In this document: positions 38,417 through 48,454 of the stretch, one piece after another | Layout: the number at the start of each line of letters is the position of its first letter | How positions within the stretch are numbered: position 1 is the first letter of the stretch | Origin: Candidatus Uhrbacteria bacterium | Lineage (GTDB): Bacteria > Patescibacteriota > Patescibacteriia > UBA9934 | DNA length: 64,000 bases | Direction: 5' to 3' | Assembly: GCA_903827265.1 (NCBI GenBank) | Contig: CAIKHN010000003.1 | Coordinates: 24,392 to 88,391 of the forward strand | The notes under the pieces: generated by a model | The model's database searches: none | What the model was told of the DNA's origin: nothing | Seen by the model: only the letters and a program-made list of their open reading frames with translations | Made by a program: the position numbers and the translations under genes

Positions 38417-38451
38417 CAGGGCAGCGCTCTAACCAGTTGAGCTACCGACCC
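38375..38451 (-). tRNA. tRNA-Asp (GTC)
   Basis: GGGTCGGTAGCTCAACTGGTTAGAGCGCTGCCCT-GTC-ACGGCAGAGGTTGCGGGTTCGAGTCCCGTCCGTCCCGCCA; encoded CCA; upstream TTGTCA-17-TATCCT. Confidence 0.97.
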
Positions 38452-38607
38452 AAAAGAATGTTTCCATGCTTTTTGAGTCTGTTTGAAGCGCTGATAGGAT
38501 ATCAATAGGGGGATTTTTTGACAAGTATTGGTGTGAGGAAATGTGTAGAAAAGACGTGTGCCCGACTCTCCGGAGAGAATCGGGCACAGTGTAGCCCTTG
38601 CGTGGAG

Positions 38608-39060
38608 CTACTTGGTCGTCGCGGTGTCGGTGCCGGTATCGGTCCCGGTGTCGGCCGGGGGGTCACCGCACTCGCCACCATCCCATGCGATGATGCATCG
38701 GACGGTCAGCCCGGTCGCGAGGACGACCGGCTCCGTGGAGCTGGCGACGAGGTCGCTCTCGACCACCCAGTACGGGGCGCCATCCGCGGCCACCGACATC
38801 GCCCACTTGGACGGCTTCCCGTCCTTGTCCGCCCCGCGGACGATCCCTTCCGCCAGCACAGCTCGCGGGGTGGTTCCGTCGCAGTAGAAGAGCGGCGCCT
38901 TGCCGGAGGCGAGGTCGTCGGTCCACAGCAGGTGGCCGGCGGCGAACGTGGTCATCGTCACCCCTGGGGGCGGGGTGCACGAGGGGCCGGTGGCCTTGGG
39001 GATGTCGCCGTTGCAGGCAACGAGGAGGATGGTGAGAGGCAGCGGCGCGATGATGCGCAT
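38608..39060 (-). CDS. GC-rich orphan lipoprotein with C-terminal DTG repeats
   Basis: GGAGTTCCC-ATG; MRIIAPLPLTILLVAC lipobox; ADTGTDTGTDTATTK; promoter TTGACC-17-CATAAT (39150-39122); 3' hairpin at ~38556-38590. Confidence 0.7.
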   Translation of the reverse strand: MRIIAPLPLTILLVACNGDIPKATGPSCTPPPGVTMTTFAAGHLLWTDDLASGKAPLFYCDGTTPRAVLAEGIVRGADKDGKPSKWAMSVAADGAPYWVVESDLVASSTEPVVLATGLTVRCIIAWDGGECGDPPADTGTDTGTDTATTK

Positions 39061-39298
39061 GGGAACTCCGTTCTTCGTGGGACGCGCCGGCATAGGGGAA
39101 TCCCTTTGCAGACGACTCAGAATTATGCCAGAAAATCGTGATTTGGTCAACTATACGTTATAAAAACGATGTATTTTTCTTGCGGTAAAACGGGGGTATA
39201 ACTCCGCTGAGTGTGCTCGATTTTCTGGTACAATAGTTGCGTATCTGCGCAACTCTTTTTGTATGCACGTGTGCTGATATCTGGATTTTGCGTCGCCT

Positions 39299-42200
39299 AT
39301 GCTCAGGGGAATATTCCGAAAGGATTCGAAGGGCTCGGAAGGGGTGGTTCGACGTGATGCAGACAGGCTCGAGCGAACGTATCGGCACCATGATGCAATC
39401 CGAAAGGAGGCTGTAGCATACGTCGTAAGCCAAGACCAGTCGTTTCATCCACTTCGAAGGCTCTTTGCCACAGTGCGCCATGTTTTTGCATTTGCAGCAA
39501 AATTGGTGTTGCCAGATTTTATTGTTGGGCATCCGAATCTTTGGGACAACTTGAAAGTATTAGTGTCTGAGCGGTCATTTCGTCCGTTGCGTAGCGCGGT
39601 GGTTGCGTGGCTGATTTTCTCCATCATCGTCATGTCTTCAGGACTTTATGCGGTTATTCGTCCGCAGCGAGCCGAGGCGTCGGGAACGTTCTCGATGAAA
39701 ACGGGGTACTACATGGGTACTGGTGCCTCGCTTTCCATTTCTGGTGTCGGCTTTCGTCCGGAAGTGCTTATTATTAAGGCCGATACCGCTGCGGGTTCCA
39801 TGATCTGGAAAACGTCCACCATGCCGTCGGCGACGACGTCGTATCTTGGTGTTGCAACGGCCGACAACAACGACAGCGAAATCTCTCTTGATAGCGACGG
39901 GTTTTCCGTGTCGACAGCGCTTGAAGTAAATACGGTGAACGTGCGGTATGTCTATGCCGCGTATTACGGATCAGATTGCTCGTCGAGTGGCGTTATGTGC
40001 GTGGGGTCGTATACCGGTTCTGGTGCAGCGAGCCAGGTTATTTCAACAGGATTCCAGCCAGATTTAGTTATTGCAAAACGTACGAGCGCAGTAGTAGCGA
40101 ACTTCCGTACGTCGTCGATGCCGGCAAGCAACGCGGCGTTTTTTTCAGCAGCCGTGAACGATGCAACCGGTGTGTACTTCCAGACGCTCGATGTGGGCGG
40201 AAGTTTTACGGTTGGTGCAACAAACAACGGTTTAGCCGGCGTGTTTAACTATGTCGCGTTTAAAAACCTCGCGGGAAGCATGTATGTTGGAACGTTTACC
40301 GGCGACGGTCTTGATAACAAAAACATCGCTGGTGTGGGATTCGAGCCTGACTTTGCGCTCGTAAAACAAAACAGTGCTAACGCGGCGGTATTTAATACAA
40401 CGGAAACGTGGGGAGATAACTCCTCGGTTGCAACGGCAACGGCAAACACCGTGAACAACATTCAAAGTCTTGATGCGGATGGTTTTCAGGTCGGTAACTC
40501 CGTGAACGTGAATGCGAACACGGTGGTGAGTTTTTATTTTGCCATGGGTGGAGCTCCAGACCCAGCGCCGGCCGGGACGTTTTTAATGGAGCGTGGTTCA
40601 TATACCGGTACTGGAGTTGCACAGTCTATTACCACAACGTTCCGACCAGATTTGGTCATGATTAAAGCGAACGCAACGCAATACGGTGTGTGGTCGACGA
40701 GCATGGAAAACAACCTCACGCATTATTTTGCGAACTCTGCGGTTGGATTTGCTGACGGTATTAAGTCCATGGCCGCTACAAGCTTTACTGTTGGTGCAAA
40801 CGCAACGGTGAACGGCTTAGGAAATACGTATGAGTACACGGTGTACGGCAACGCAACGACGCCACAACGTGGTGCCGGTGCTGCAGACTTCATGATTGGA
40901 ACGCATACCGGAAATGGTATTACCGCGCGAAGCATTGACCATCTTGGCATAACGCCGAGCATGATTACCATGACACGTACCATTACGACCGCTGCGCTGA
41001 CCATGTGGAAAGCTGCAAGTCCAACAATGGCCGACAATACTGCGGCATATTTTTCTGCGACTGCTGACGTTACCGACGGAACGGCATTCGCGGCGATAGG
41101 AACAACAGCATTTAGCCTTGGGACTGCTGCGACAACCAATGCGGCGGCCGGTTCTTACGTGTGGTTTGCATTTAAAGAAGGCGCACAGTTCGACATTGGA
41201 AGTTATACAGGTAGTGGTATTTCAGGAAAAAACGTGACCGGTCTTGGATTTAACCCTGCGTTTGTTTGGACAAAGGGTGCTACGGCAGTACAGGGTTCAC
41301 ACCGTTCAACGTCAACAACTATTTCTGGAGCAACCGCGCAGTATTATACGAACATCGTGAACGCCGCTGCGGTAATTATTGCCTTCGTGAGTGACGGATT
41401 TACTGTGGGTACTGCCGCAGAAGCCAACTCAAACACCGTATCGTACCGTTATTCGGCATGGAAGAGTACGTCTTCTGCAAACGCTCCGAGTACGCCAACG
41501 AATAGTTCTCCTGCATCGAGCGCAACCGGGCAAGGCTTAACCGTCACGCTTACGGGCTCTGCGTACAGTGACCCGGATTCAAATGCGCAGACTGATGCTA
41601 TGTGGCAGGTGGACGACGACGCCGATTTTGCGACTCCTGTGTGGTCTCGAACAGCGGGAGCGGCAGAAGCAACCACATCGGTTACGTCAGGAAACGGAAC
41701 GTTTGCGAATGAACTTGCAGGAGATACCGCCCTCGACCACAACACAACATACTATTGGCGCGTGAAATATTCCGATGGAATGTGGTCGAGTTGGTCGACG
41801 GGAACGTCGTTTACCACAAACACTATCTCGACGCCAACACATTCGTCGCCAAGCGATGGTGGAACGGTAACAACACTCACGCCAACCTTAACAGCATCAG
41901 CATTTTCTGATGCGCAAGGTGGGCATTCGAGCGCGTATGCACAGTGGCAAATTGATACGGGTAGTACATTTACGTCGCCTTTGTATGACTCGGGAACGGT
42001 AAGCTACGGAAATTCTCTTGCGGTTCCAGCGGCAACGCTTTCCGACAAGACCACGTATTATTGGCGCGTTCGTTACGAAGACTCCACAAACCAGTGGTCG
42101 CCATACTCAACAGCAACGAGGTTTTACGTTGCGCAATCGCTTGTAGCGGTGTACCCGCTGTTTAGTGGCTCTGTTGTCGACCAAGGCGATTCGGTGAATT

Positions 42201-45200
42201 TGGATGTTCAAGTAAAGCTTACCGACGGAACAGCAATTAACGACGCGACCGTCACAGTAAACGTGTATAACCCTTCGGGGACAAAAATTGTGACTGCGCA
42301 GGCCATGAGCTATTTATCTGGTTCAAGCGGAGTTTATCGGTACACCTATACGGTTCCAAGCACGAGCGGAAGTTATTTGTATGAAGTTTCAGCAACGTCT
42401 GGAAGTGTTTCCGGAACGGGAGCAGCGAACTTTGCTGCGAGAACAATTTCGCATGATATTTCGGCAATTTCATCGGCAGTGACATTGAATGAGGCGGCAG
42501 CAGCGGCAGAACGTGCCGCGGCATCTGCAGAGCGCGCGGCGCAGTCAGCGTCACGTGCAGTCGTGTTGAGTTTGCAGACTGATATTACTGGCCTTGTTTC
42601 AGAAATTGGAACTGGCAGAATTTCGGCAATTAAAACTGCGACTGATAGCATCGACTGGGCAGACGTGACGGGGATCGTGACGGATACTGGGGCAATTAAA
42701 CTGAAGACTGATACCATCAACTGGTCACATGTGACGGCCATTAAGACGGCGACCGATACTATCAATTGGGGTGACGTTACAGGAATCGCGACCGCTGTTT
42801 CGAGTTTACAAACAAGCCTCGCATCGCTGATTACAGAAATCGGAACCGGGAACATCGCCGCAATCAAAACAAAGACAGATACTATTTCTTGGGGGAATGT
42901 GACGAGTCTTGTCACAGAGTCCGGAGCGATTAAAACAAAAACCGACAGTATCGATTGGACGCAAGTTGCCGCAATCAAAACGACGACCGATACGATTGAC
43001 TGGGGTGATGTGACAGGAATCGATGTAAAGATTACCGCGTTGCAATCGAGCCTTGCGGATCTTATTACTGAAGTTGGAATTGGGAGTATCGCCGCTATTA
43101 AAACCGCGACCGATACAATTGATTGGGGAGATGTTACAAGTATTCTCACTACCACCGGTGCAGTGAAAACGACGACAGACACGATTGACTGGTCACAGGT
43201 TGCCGCAATCAAGACCTCGACAGATACGATTGATTGGAGCGACGTGACAGGAATCGCTACTGCGGTTTCGGCGCTTCAAACGAGTCTAGCCTCATTGATT
43301 ACGGAAATCGGAACGGGAAATATTGCCGCAATTAAGACTGCGACGGATTCAATCAACTGGAGCAACGTCACGACGATCGTCACGAACACGGGCGCGATTC
43401 AAACAAAGACCGACACGATCGATTGGGGTGACGTTGCGTTAATTAAGTCAGCAACAGACACGATTGATTGGACCGACGTTACGGGGATCGATGTAAAAGT
43501 TTCGGCGGTTCAAACAAGCATTGCGGGCGTGGTTTCGGAGATTGGAACCGGAAATATTGCCGCAATCAAAACAAAGACTGACACCATTGATTGGGCGGAT
43601 GTTTCAGAGGTGGTAACAACAACCGGTACCATTCGAACCTCGACGGATGCTATTAGCTGGGCTGATGTTGCGGCGATTAAAACAAAGACTGACACGATTG
43701 CGTGGGGAGATGTCACGGGCATTAAATTAAAAACGGACACGATCGCGTGGGGAGACATTACAACAATCAAAGCGAACGTTGCGTCGCTCATGACCGAGAT
43801 TGGGACCGGGAATATCTCGGCAATCTTAACGTCAACGTCGGCGATCCCTATTGAAGATTTAACATCACTCGTCACAACAACTGGGCAAATTAAGGCGGCA
43901 ACCGATACGATTGATTGGGCCGACATTGCGGCAATCCAAACCAAGACTGACACGATTGATTGGGATGCGGTTACTGGTATTAAAGTGAAGACAGACACTA
44001 TTGCGTGGGGAGACGTTGCAGCGATCGCTACACAGCTCACCGCGGTGCAGAACAATCTTGATGTCTTGATTGGTGCAATGATTGTGACGCGTTCGACGGT
44101 GAGTGATGCGTCGGCAACGTCGACGTCGTTTGTGACTGCGCTGTCAAACACGACAGACAATTTTTATACGAATGCCGTCTTGACGTTCACGAGCGGAACG
44201 TTAAACGGACAGGTTCGTCGTATTTCGGCATACAACGGAACAACAAAATCCATTACCGTCAGTCCTGCGCTTTCACTTGCACCAGGGAATGGCGACGCAT
44301 TCACGATTGCAAAGCAAAATGTCTACATTGAGCAGCTTGCGGCGGCGAACGAAGCGACGCAAGCATCGTTCCGTTCAGACGTCACATCGCGCTTAACGTC
44401 GATTGAAGGAAAAGTCGATACCTTAACAACAATGCTTTCACGTGTTGAGACGAATTTGGACAGTTTGCAAACCACGGTTGATGCACTTCGTGCGTCGCAA
44501 GACATGGCGTACACCGTCATACTTTCTGATGTTTCAGAAGTTCAGGCTGGAGAGACGTATCGCGCAAAACTCACAATCTCGAATTTTGAATCAGATCCCG
44601 CAGACGCGTCGTCGACTCCAACAATAACTATTTACGATTCCACGCGGACGGTGATTGTTTCTGAGGCAAGCATGACGAAGCTCTCGACCGGTGTGTATGA
44701 ATACACGTCATCTGTTTCGTCAGATGCAACGGGTGGACTATGGGAGTCTGTCGTTTCTGTTGATGCGGGCGGTGCACAGAATTTAACGCGAAACGATTAT
44801 TGGCAAGTGTCCGGTGCGCCATCGCAGGTGCTTATTACGGCAATGACCGATCTCGTCATTCCAGATATTTCGGCGGCGGTGACTATCACGAACGAGGGTG
44901 GCGCAGAATATGAATATCATTACGAGTGGTGCGTGGTGTCGTCGATGGATAATGATTGCGGCGGCGATGACGACGTGTACTACGCGTCCGCGGCAAAGCT
45001 CATTGATGTTGGCGATAGTTTTCATACAACGCTGACGGCAACGGTCGCAACAACGGGCTCGTATTGGTTTAAGGTGATGGTGTATTTCGGCACGCAAGGA
45101 AGTGGAGCATCACGAACGTTCGTCGCGGTTGCTGCTGACGGAGGTGATGGCGGTGAAACAAGCAGTTCGTCTGGTTCAAGCGGCGGAAGTTCATCGCATG

Positions 45201-46729
45201 TCACTCCAGATATCAGTTTGGCAACGAATGAAACTATTTACGCAGAAATCACCGCTACTCGGCAGGAGCTGGCGCTGAATGCTGCAAATCTCACGAGCGT
45301 TTTGTCGACGGTCGGCGTTCTGTCGTCGAGTTTGGAAACGTTGCTTGCGGTGGGAAATGAAAATACGCAAGGTTTGCAGGATGTGCAAAATAAGATTGCG
45401 GATTTACGTGCGGTTGCGGCAACGACGCAGCAACTTATCGCAAGTAATTCTGTGCAGCCAATTGTGCAAACGTACATGAAGTTCAATTCTGTTGAAATTC
45501 ATTTCCTCATTACGAATCCTGCAGACATTGAACAAACCGTGCACTTTAGCGCCTTCTTGCCGGAGGAGGCAAAGCCGGAGGATGTTCTGGATTTGAGTGG
45601 TTTGAGTATTGATTACGATGCAACAGCAAGCGCGTATCGCGTGTATGGCGACGTCACACTCGGACCAAAAGAAACCATCACAAAGAAAGTGGAAATGAAG
45701 GATATTTGGGTGTACGCAGAAGAGGATATTGCGGCGATGCGCAAGCAGATTGCATCGCTTGTTCCGTCACTTACTGGCACGCAATACGCAGCGCAGGCAT
45801 CGCTTCTTCAGAGTGATATTACTGCCGCACTCGATCAGATTACATCGTCACAGAACGCGAGCTATTCATCGCCGCAGGAGCATATTGTGACGTATCGCAG
45901 TAATGCCGATGTGATGGCGCGTGCACAAACGGCGGTGGAGAAATTGAAAGATCTCGTTGTTGAGGCGGGTGCATCACAGGGTGTTGTTGGAAAGATTGGT
46001 GGCATTCAAACATTCACAACGTGGGGGATTATTCTTGCATTGGTGTTTGGATTCGGACTTTTAGCGGCGGTTATTTTCTCGATGTGGCGACATCAGACGG
46101 TGTTGGCGGCAATGTCGCTGGGAATGTCGCAGCAGGAAGCGATGGCGATGATTTCTGGGAGATCCGTCGCGCGAAGCGTTCGGTCTTCTCGACCTGCTCG
46201 CATTTCTCGGAAACGAACGTACGTTACAAGCGTGCCGTGTGAAAATTCATTGTGGGATCGGATAAAAGCCTGGCCGTGTGCAGCGACTCGTTCGCGGATC
46301 GTACTCGGAATAATATTTTTGGTACTTGTGGGCGTTGCAGTGTTTTCTATTTACACCGCGATGAAAGGTCGGTCGGTTTCGTCTTCAAAAGAAGAGCAAA
46401 ACGATATCACCAACATAACCGAGGCACCGATTGTTATGGCTCAAGATATTCCTGCTCCTGTAGATCCAGAGCCAGAGCCAATTATCCCTCCTGTTGAGGT
46501 GCCCGTCGTTGTTACGCCTTCGGTTCCGTATGTTGTTATCTTAGATACCCCAACAGGATGGCTAAACGTTCGTGACCGTGCGGATTTGAGTGGGGGAGTT
46601 GTCGCGAAGGCGTTGCCGGGTGAGAAATACTCGTATCAGAAAACGGAAAATGGATGGGATGCTATCGTTCTGTCGAATGGAACGATCGGTTGGATTTTAG
46701 GAAACTATGCGACGATCGTCTCAGAATAA
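39299..46729 (+). CDS. Giant (2476 aa) membrane-anchored surface protein: G.YTG.G..GF.P repeats, FN3/Ig-like domains, 78-aa tandem repeats, TM helices, C-terminal SH3b
   Basis: Repeated GSYTG.G..I...GF.PD.V..K modules; TTYYWRV.Y; IKTKTDTIDWGDV repeats; TPTGWLNVR..GW..I..GWI SH3b. Confidence 0.8.
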   Translation: MLRGIFRKDSKGSEGVVRRDADRLERTYRHHDAIRKEAVAYVVSQDQSFHPLRRLFATVRHVFAFAAKLVLPDFIVGHPNLWDNLKVLVSERSFRPLRSAVVAWLIFSIIVMSSGLYAVIRPQRAEASGTFSMKTGYYMGTGASLSISGVGFRPEVLIIKADTAAGSMIWKTSTMPSATTSYLGVATADNNDSEISLDSDGFSVSTALEVNTVNVRYVYAAYYGSDCSSSGVMCVGSYTGSGAASQVISTGFQPDLVIAKRTSAVVANFRTSSMPASNAAFFSAAVNDATGVYFQTLDVGGSFTVGATNNGLAGVFNYVAFKNLAGSMYVGTFTGDGLDNKNIAGVGFEPDFALVKQNSANAAVFNTTETWGDNSSVATATANTVNNIQSLDADGFQVGNSVNVNANTVVSFYFAMGGAPDPAPAGTFLMERGSYTGTGVAQSITTTFRPDLVMIKANATQYGVWSTSMENNLTHYFANSAVGFADGIKSMAATSFTVGANATVNGLGNTYEYTVYGNATTPQRGAGAADFMIGTHTGNGITARSIDHLGITPSMITMTRTITTAALTMWKAASPTMADNTAAYFSATADVTDGTAFAAIGTTAFSLGTAATTNAAAGSYVWFAFKEGAQFDIGSYTGSGISGKNVTGLGFNPAFVWTKGATAVQGSHRSTSTTISGATAQYYTNIVNAAAVIIAFVSDGFTVGTAAEANSNTVSYRYSAWKSTSSANAPSTPTNSSPASSATGQGLTVTLTGSAYSDPDSNAQTDAMWQVDDDADFATPVWSRTAGAAEATTSVTSGNGTFANELAGDTALDHNTTYYWRVKYSDGMWSSWSTGTSFTTNTISTPTHSSPSDGGTVTTLTPTLTASAFSDAQGGHSSAYAQWQIDTGSTFTSPLYDSGTVSYGNSLAVPAATLSDKTTYYWRVRYEDSTNQWSPYSTATRFYVAQSLVAVYPLFSGSVVDQGDSVNLDVQVKLTDGTAINDATVTVNVYNPSGTKIVTAQAMSYLSGSSGVYRYTYTVPSTSGSYLYEVSATSGSVSGTGAANFAARTISHDISAISSAVTLNEAAAAAERAAASAERAAQSASRAVVLSLQTDITGLVSEIGTGRISAIKTATDSIDWADVTGIVTDTGAIKLKTDTINWSHVTAIKTATDTINWGDVTGIATAVSSLQTSLASLITEIGTGNIAAIKTKTDTISWGNVTSLVTESGAIKTKTDSIDWTQVAAIKTTTDTIDWGDVTGIDVKITALQSSLADLITEVGIGSIAAIKTATDTIDWGDVTSILTTTGAVKTTTDTIDWSQVAAIKTSTDTIDWSDVTGIATAVSALQTSLASLITEIGTGNIAAIKTATDSINWSNVTTIVTNTGAIQTKTDTIDWGDVALIKSATDTIDWTDVTGIDVKVSAVQTSIAGVVSEIGTGNIAAIKTKTDTIDWADVSEVVTTTGTIRTSTDAISWADVAAIKTKTDTIAWGDVTGIKLKTDTIAWGDITTIKANVASLMTEIGTGNISAILTSTSAIPIEDLTSLVTTTGQIKAATDTIDWADIAAIQTKTDTIDWDAVTGIKVKTDTIAWGDVAAIATQLTAVQNNLDVLIGAMIVTRSTVSDASATSTSFVTALSNTTDNFYTNAVLTFTSGTLNGQVRRISAYNGTTKSITVSPALSLAPGNGDAFTIAKQNVYIEQLAAANEATQASFRSDVTSRLTSIEGKVDTLTTMLSRVETNLDSLQTTVDALRASQDMAYTVILSDVSEVQAGETYRAKLTISNFESDPADASSTPTITIYDSTRTVIVSEASMTKLSTGVYEYTSSVSSDATGGLWESVVSVDAGGAQNLTRNDYWQVSGAPSQVLITAMTDLVIPDISAAVTITNEGGAEYEYHYEWCVVSSMDNDCGGDDDVYYASAAKLIDVGDSFHTTLTATVATTGSYWFKVMVYFGTQGSGASRTFVAVAADGGDGGETSSSSGSSGGSSSHVTPDISLATNETIYAEITATRQELALNAANLTSVLSTVGVLSSSLETLLAVGNENTQGLQDVQNKIADLRAVAATTQQLIASNSVQPIVQTYMKFNSVEIHFLITNPADIEQTVHFSAFLPEEAKPEDVLDLSGLSIDYDATASAYRVYGDVTLGPKETITKKVEMKDIWVYAEEDIAAMRKQIASLVPSLTGTQYAAQASLLQSDITAALDQITSSQNASYSSPQEHIVTYRSNADVMARAQTAVEKLKDLVVEAGASQGVVGKIGGIQTFTTWGIILALVFGFGLLAAVIFSMWRHQTVLAAMSLGMSQQEAMAMISGRSVARSVRSSRPARISRKRTYVTSVPCENSLWDRIKAWPCAATRSRIVLGIIFLVLVGVAVFSIYTAMKGRSVSSSKEEQNDITNITEAPIVMAQDIPAPVDPEPEPIIPPVEVPVVVTPSVPYVVILDTPTGWLNVRDRADLSGGVVAKALPGEKYSYQKTENGWDAIVLSNGTIGWILGNYATIVSE

Positions 46730-47177
46730 TTCTCGTGCGCGTTTTGCGCTGAACTTTGGGCCGTCGCCGTTGTGGCTTCCTGCGCTCGCGGCGATTGTTG
46801 TTGGTGCAATACTCCCGGTGTTGCTTATTCCTGTGATTCGCGTGACGGGGTTTTCTGAAGGCGTTGAGGAGGTCGCGAAAGGTATTGTGGTTTGGATTCT
46901 TGCGTTGTATTCCGTCCGTACGTGCGATCGTCTTGGATTTGCCTTGGCGTTTGGCACGATGTTCGGACTTTCTGAATCGATGCTGTACGCGAATCAAATC
47001 GCGCAGCTTGGAGACTGGTCGGTACTTTGGCTGCGTATATCGCTAACGATTCCTCTTCATGCGCTCACGGCACTGTGCGTTGCTTGGGGTATTGGACGAG
47101 GAAGAATGTGGGGGGCGCTTCTTGGTGTTGGTGTAGCGATTGTTTTGCATTTGGCATTTAATGCGCAGGGTTTTTAA
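46707..47177 (+). CDS. PrsW-family intramembrane metalloprotease-like protein
   Basis: EEVAKG, FG.SE..LY, PLHALT, LHLAFN motifs. Confidence 0.7.
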   Translation: MRRSSQNNSRARFALNFGPSPLWLPALAAIVVGAILPVLLIPVIRVTGFSEGVEEVAKGIVVWILALYSVRTCDRLGFALAFGTMFGLSESMLYANQIAQLGDWSVLWLRISLTIPLHALTALCVAWGIGRGRMWGALLGVGVAIVLHLAFNAQGF

Positions 47178-47181
47178 ACAA

Positions 47182-47215
47182 AAAATCACTCCTCGATTGC
47201 TCGAGGAGTGATTTT
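47182..47215. terminator. Bidirectional terminator
   Basis: AAAATCACTCCTCGA TTGC TCGAGGAGTGATTTT. Confidence 0.8.
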
Positions 47216-47216
47216 G

Positions 47217-47561
47217 TTATTTCGCTGCGGAAACAATCTTTGCGAATACTTCTGGGTGCTTTTCTGCAACCTGCGCAAGGATCTTGCGGTCGATCGCGAT
47301 GTTAGACACTTTCAGCATGTTGATGAACCGTGAGTACGAAAGGCCGAGTTCATGAACAGCGGCGTTGATCTTCACAGTCCAAAGTGCTCGGAAGGTGCGC
47401 TTCTTGGCACGGCGGTCGCGGAATGCGTACACACCAGCCTTGAGCATTGCCGGACGAGCAAGACGGATCTTGCTCTTACGACCCCACTTGTAGCCTTTAA
47501 CACGGGCAAGCAGGTTCTTTCGGCGTTTTGTATGTTGGGTACCTCGTTTAACTCGTGGCAT
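47217..47561 (-). CDS. rplT: 50S ribosomal protein L20
   Basis: MPRVKRG, AFRDRR.KKR.FR.LW..INAA, YSRFI, DRKILA. Confidence 0.97.
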   Translation of the reverse strand: MPRVKRGTQHTKRRKNLLARVKGYKWGRKSKIRLARPAMLKAGVYAFRDRRAKKRTFRALWTVKINAAVHELGLSYSRFINMLKVSNIAIDRKILAQVAEKHPEVFAKIVSAAK

Positions 47562-47562
47562 A

Positions 47563-47763
47563 TTAGGAAAGATTGTATGGCATCATCGCTTTCAAGGCGC
47601 GACGGATGGTGACGCCAAAGGAGACGTCAGTGCGCTTGTTGCGCGTGGTGTTGCCGGATTCGCGGGAATTGAAGTGGCCTTGGCCAGCTTTTCGCTTCAC
47701 AACCTTACCCGTTCGGGTGATCCGGACGCGCTTGGTCATCGCTTTATGTGTCTTCATTGCCAT
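47563..47763 (-). CDS. rpmI: 50S ribosomal protein L35
   Basis: MKTHKA..KR..IT.TGKV; position between infC and rplT. Confidence 0.92.
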   Translation of the reverse strand: MAMKTHKAMTKRVRITRTGKVVKRKAGQGHFNSRESGNTTRNKRTDVSFGVTIRRALKAMMPYNLS

Positions 47764-47833
47764 ACTTGGGTTTCTAAGATGTGCGAAGGTTAGTGGAAAA
47801 CTGAGGTTTGGTCAAGGACAAGTGGGGAAGATT

Positions 47834-48391
47834 CTACGTTTGACGAGCAAGAATCATGTTCATGCGTCCATCGACTGCTTTTAATGGGCTTTCGACGCGA
47901 ATTGGGTAATGCGTTCCCAATTGCTTCACAAAGTCGTCAAATACGGCTCGGGCAACGTCTCCGTGGGCACGTTCGCGGCCTCGGAGGATCATTTCTACCT
48001 TTACCTTGTCGCCTTGTTCGAAGAACTTTGCTGCCTGCTCGACGCGGATCTGTAAGTCGCCGGAGCCGATGCGCATGGAAAGGCGGATACCCTTGATTTC
48101 CACTTCTTTGCTCTGCGCGCGCTGCTTTCGCATCTCCTTCTCCTTTTGGTATTTGAAATGGCTGTAGTTGGCGAACTTACACACCGGAGGCTCGGCTAAT
48201 GGTGAAACCTCGATAAGGTCCATGCCTTTTTCCCGAGCGAGTTCGATCGCTTTTACGGTGGCTATAACGCCGAGCGCATTGCCTTCGTCGTCAATAACTC
48301 GCACTTCTGGGGCGAGAATATTGTGGTTTGCCTTATATTCCTGAATTTCGAACTTCGGCTTTTGGAAACGGCGGTGGCGGTGAATGCGCAT
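47834..48391 (-). CDS. infC: Translation initiation factor IF-3
   Basis: N..I.APEVRVID..G, DL.EVSP.A.PPVCK, KYQ.EK, GDKVKV...RGRE. Confidence 0.95.
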   Translation of the reverse strand: MRIHRHRRFQKPKFEIQEYKANHNILAPEVRVIDDEGNALGVIATVKAIELAREKGMDLIEVSPLAEPPVCKFANYSHFKYQKEKEMRKQRAQSKEVEIKGIRLSMRIGSGDLQIRVEQAAKFFEQGDKVKVEMILRGRERAHGDVARAVFDDFVKQLGTHYPIRVESPLKAVDGRMNMILARQT

Positions 48392-48454
48392 GGCAGTAGG
48401 GTTAAAGTTGCTGAAATGATAGACCAAAACCAAAAATTATGCTAGTATTTGCGC

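Noticed and set aside
38375-38451. U4:U69 acceptor-stem mismatch as damage caused by integration
   Set aside because: The distal att copy (26601-26615) has the same base, so the mismatch predates or is independent of integration.
42602-44030. Periodic DNA repeats as a possible CRISPR array
   Set aside because: The repeats are degenerate at third codon positions and in frame within a long ORF; there is no identical repeat-unique spacer pattern and no cas genes.
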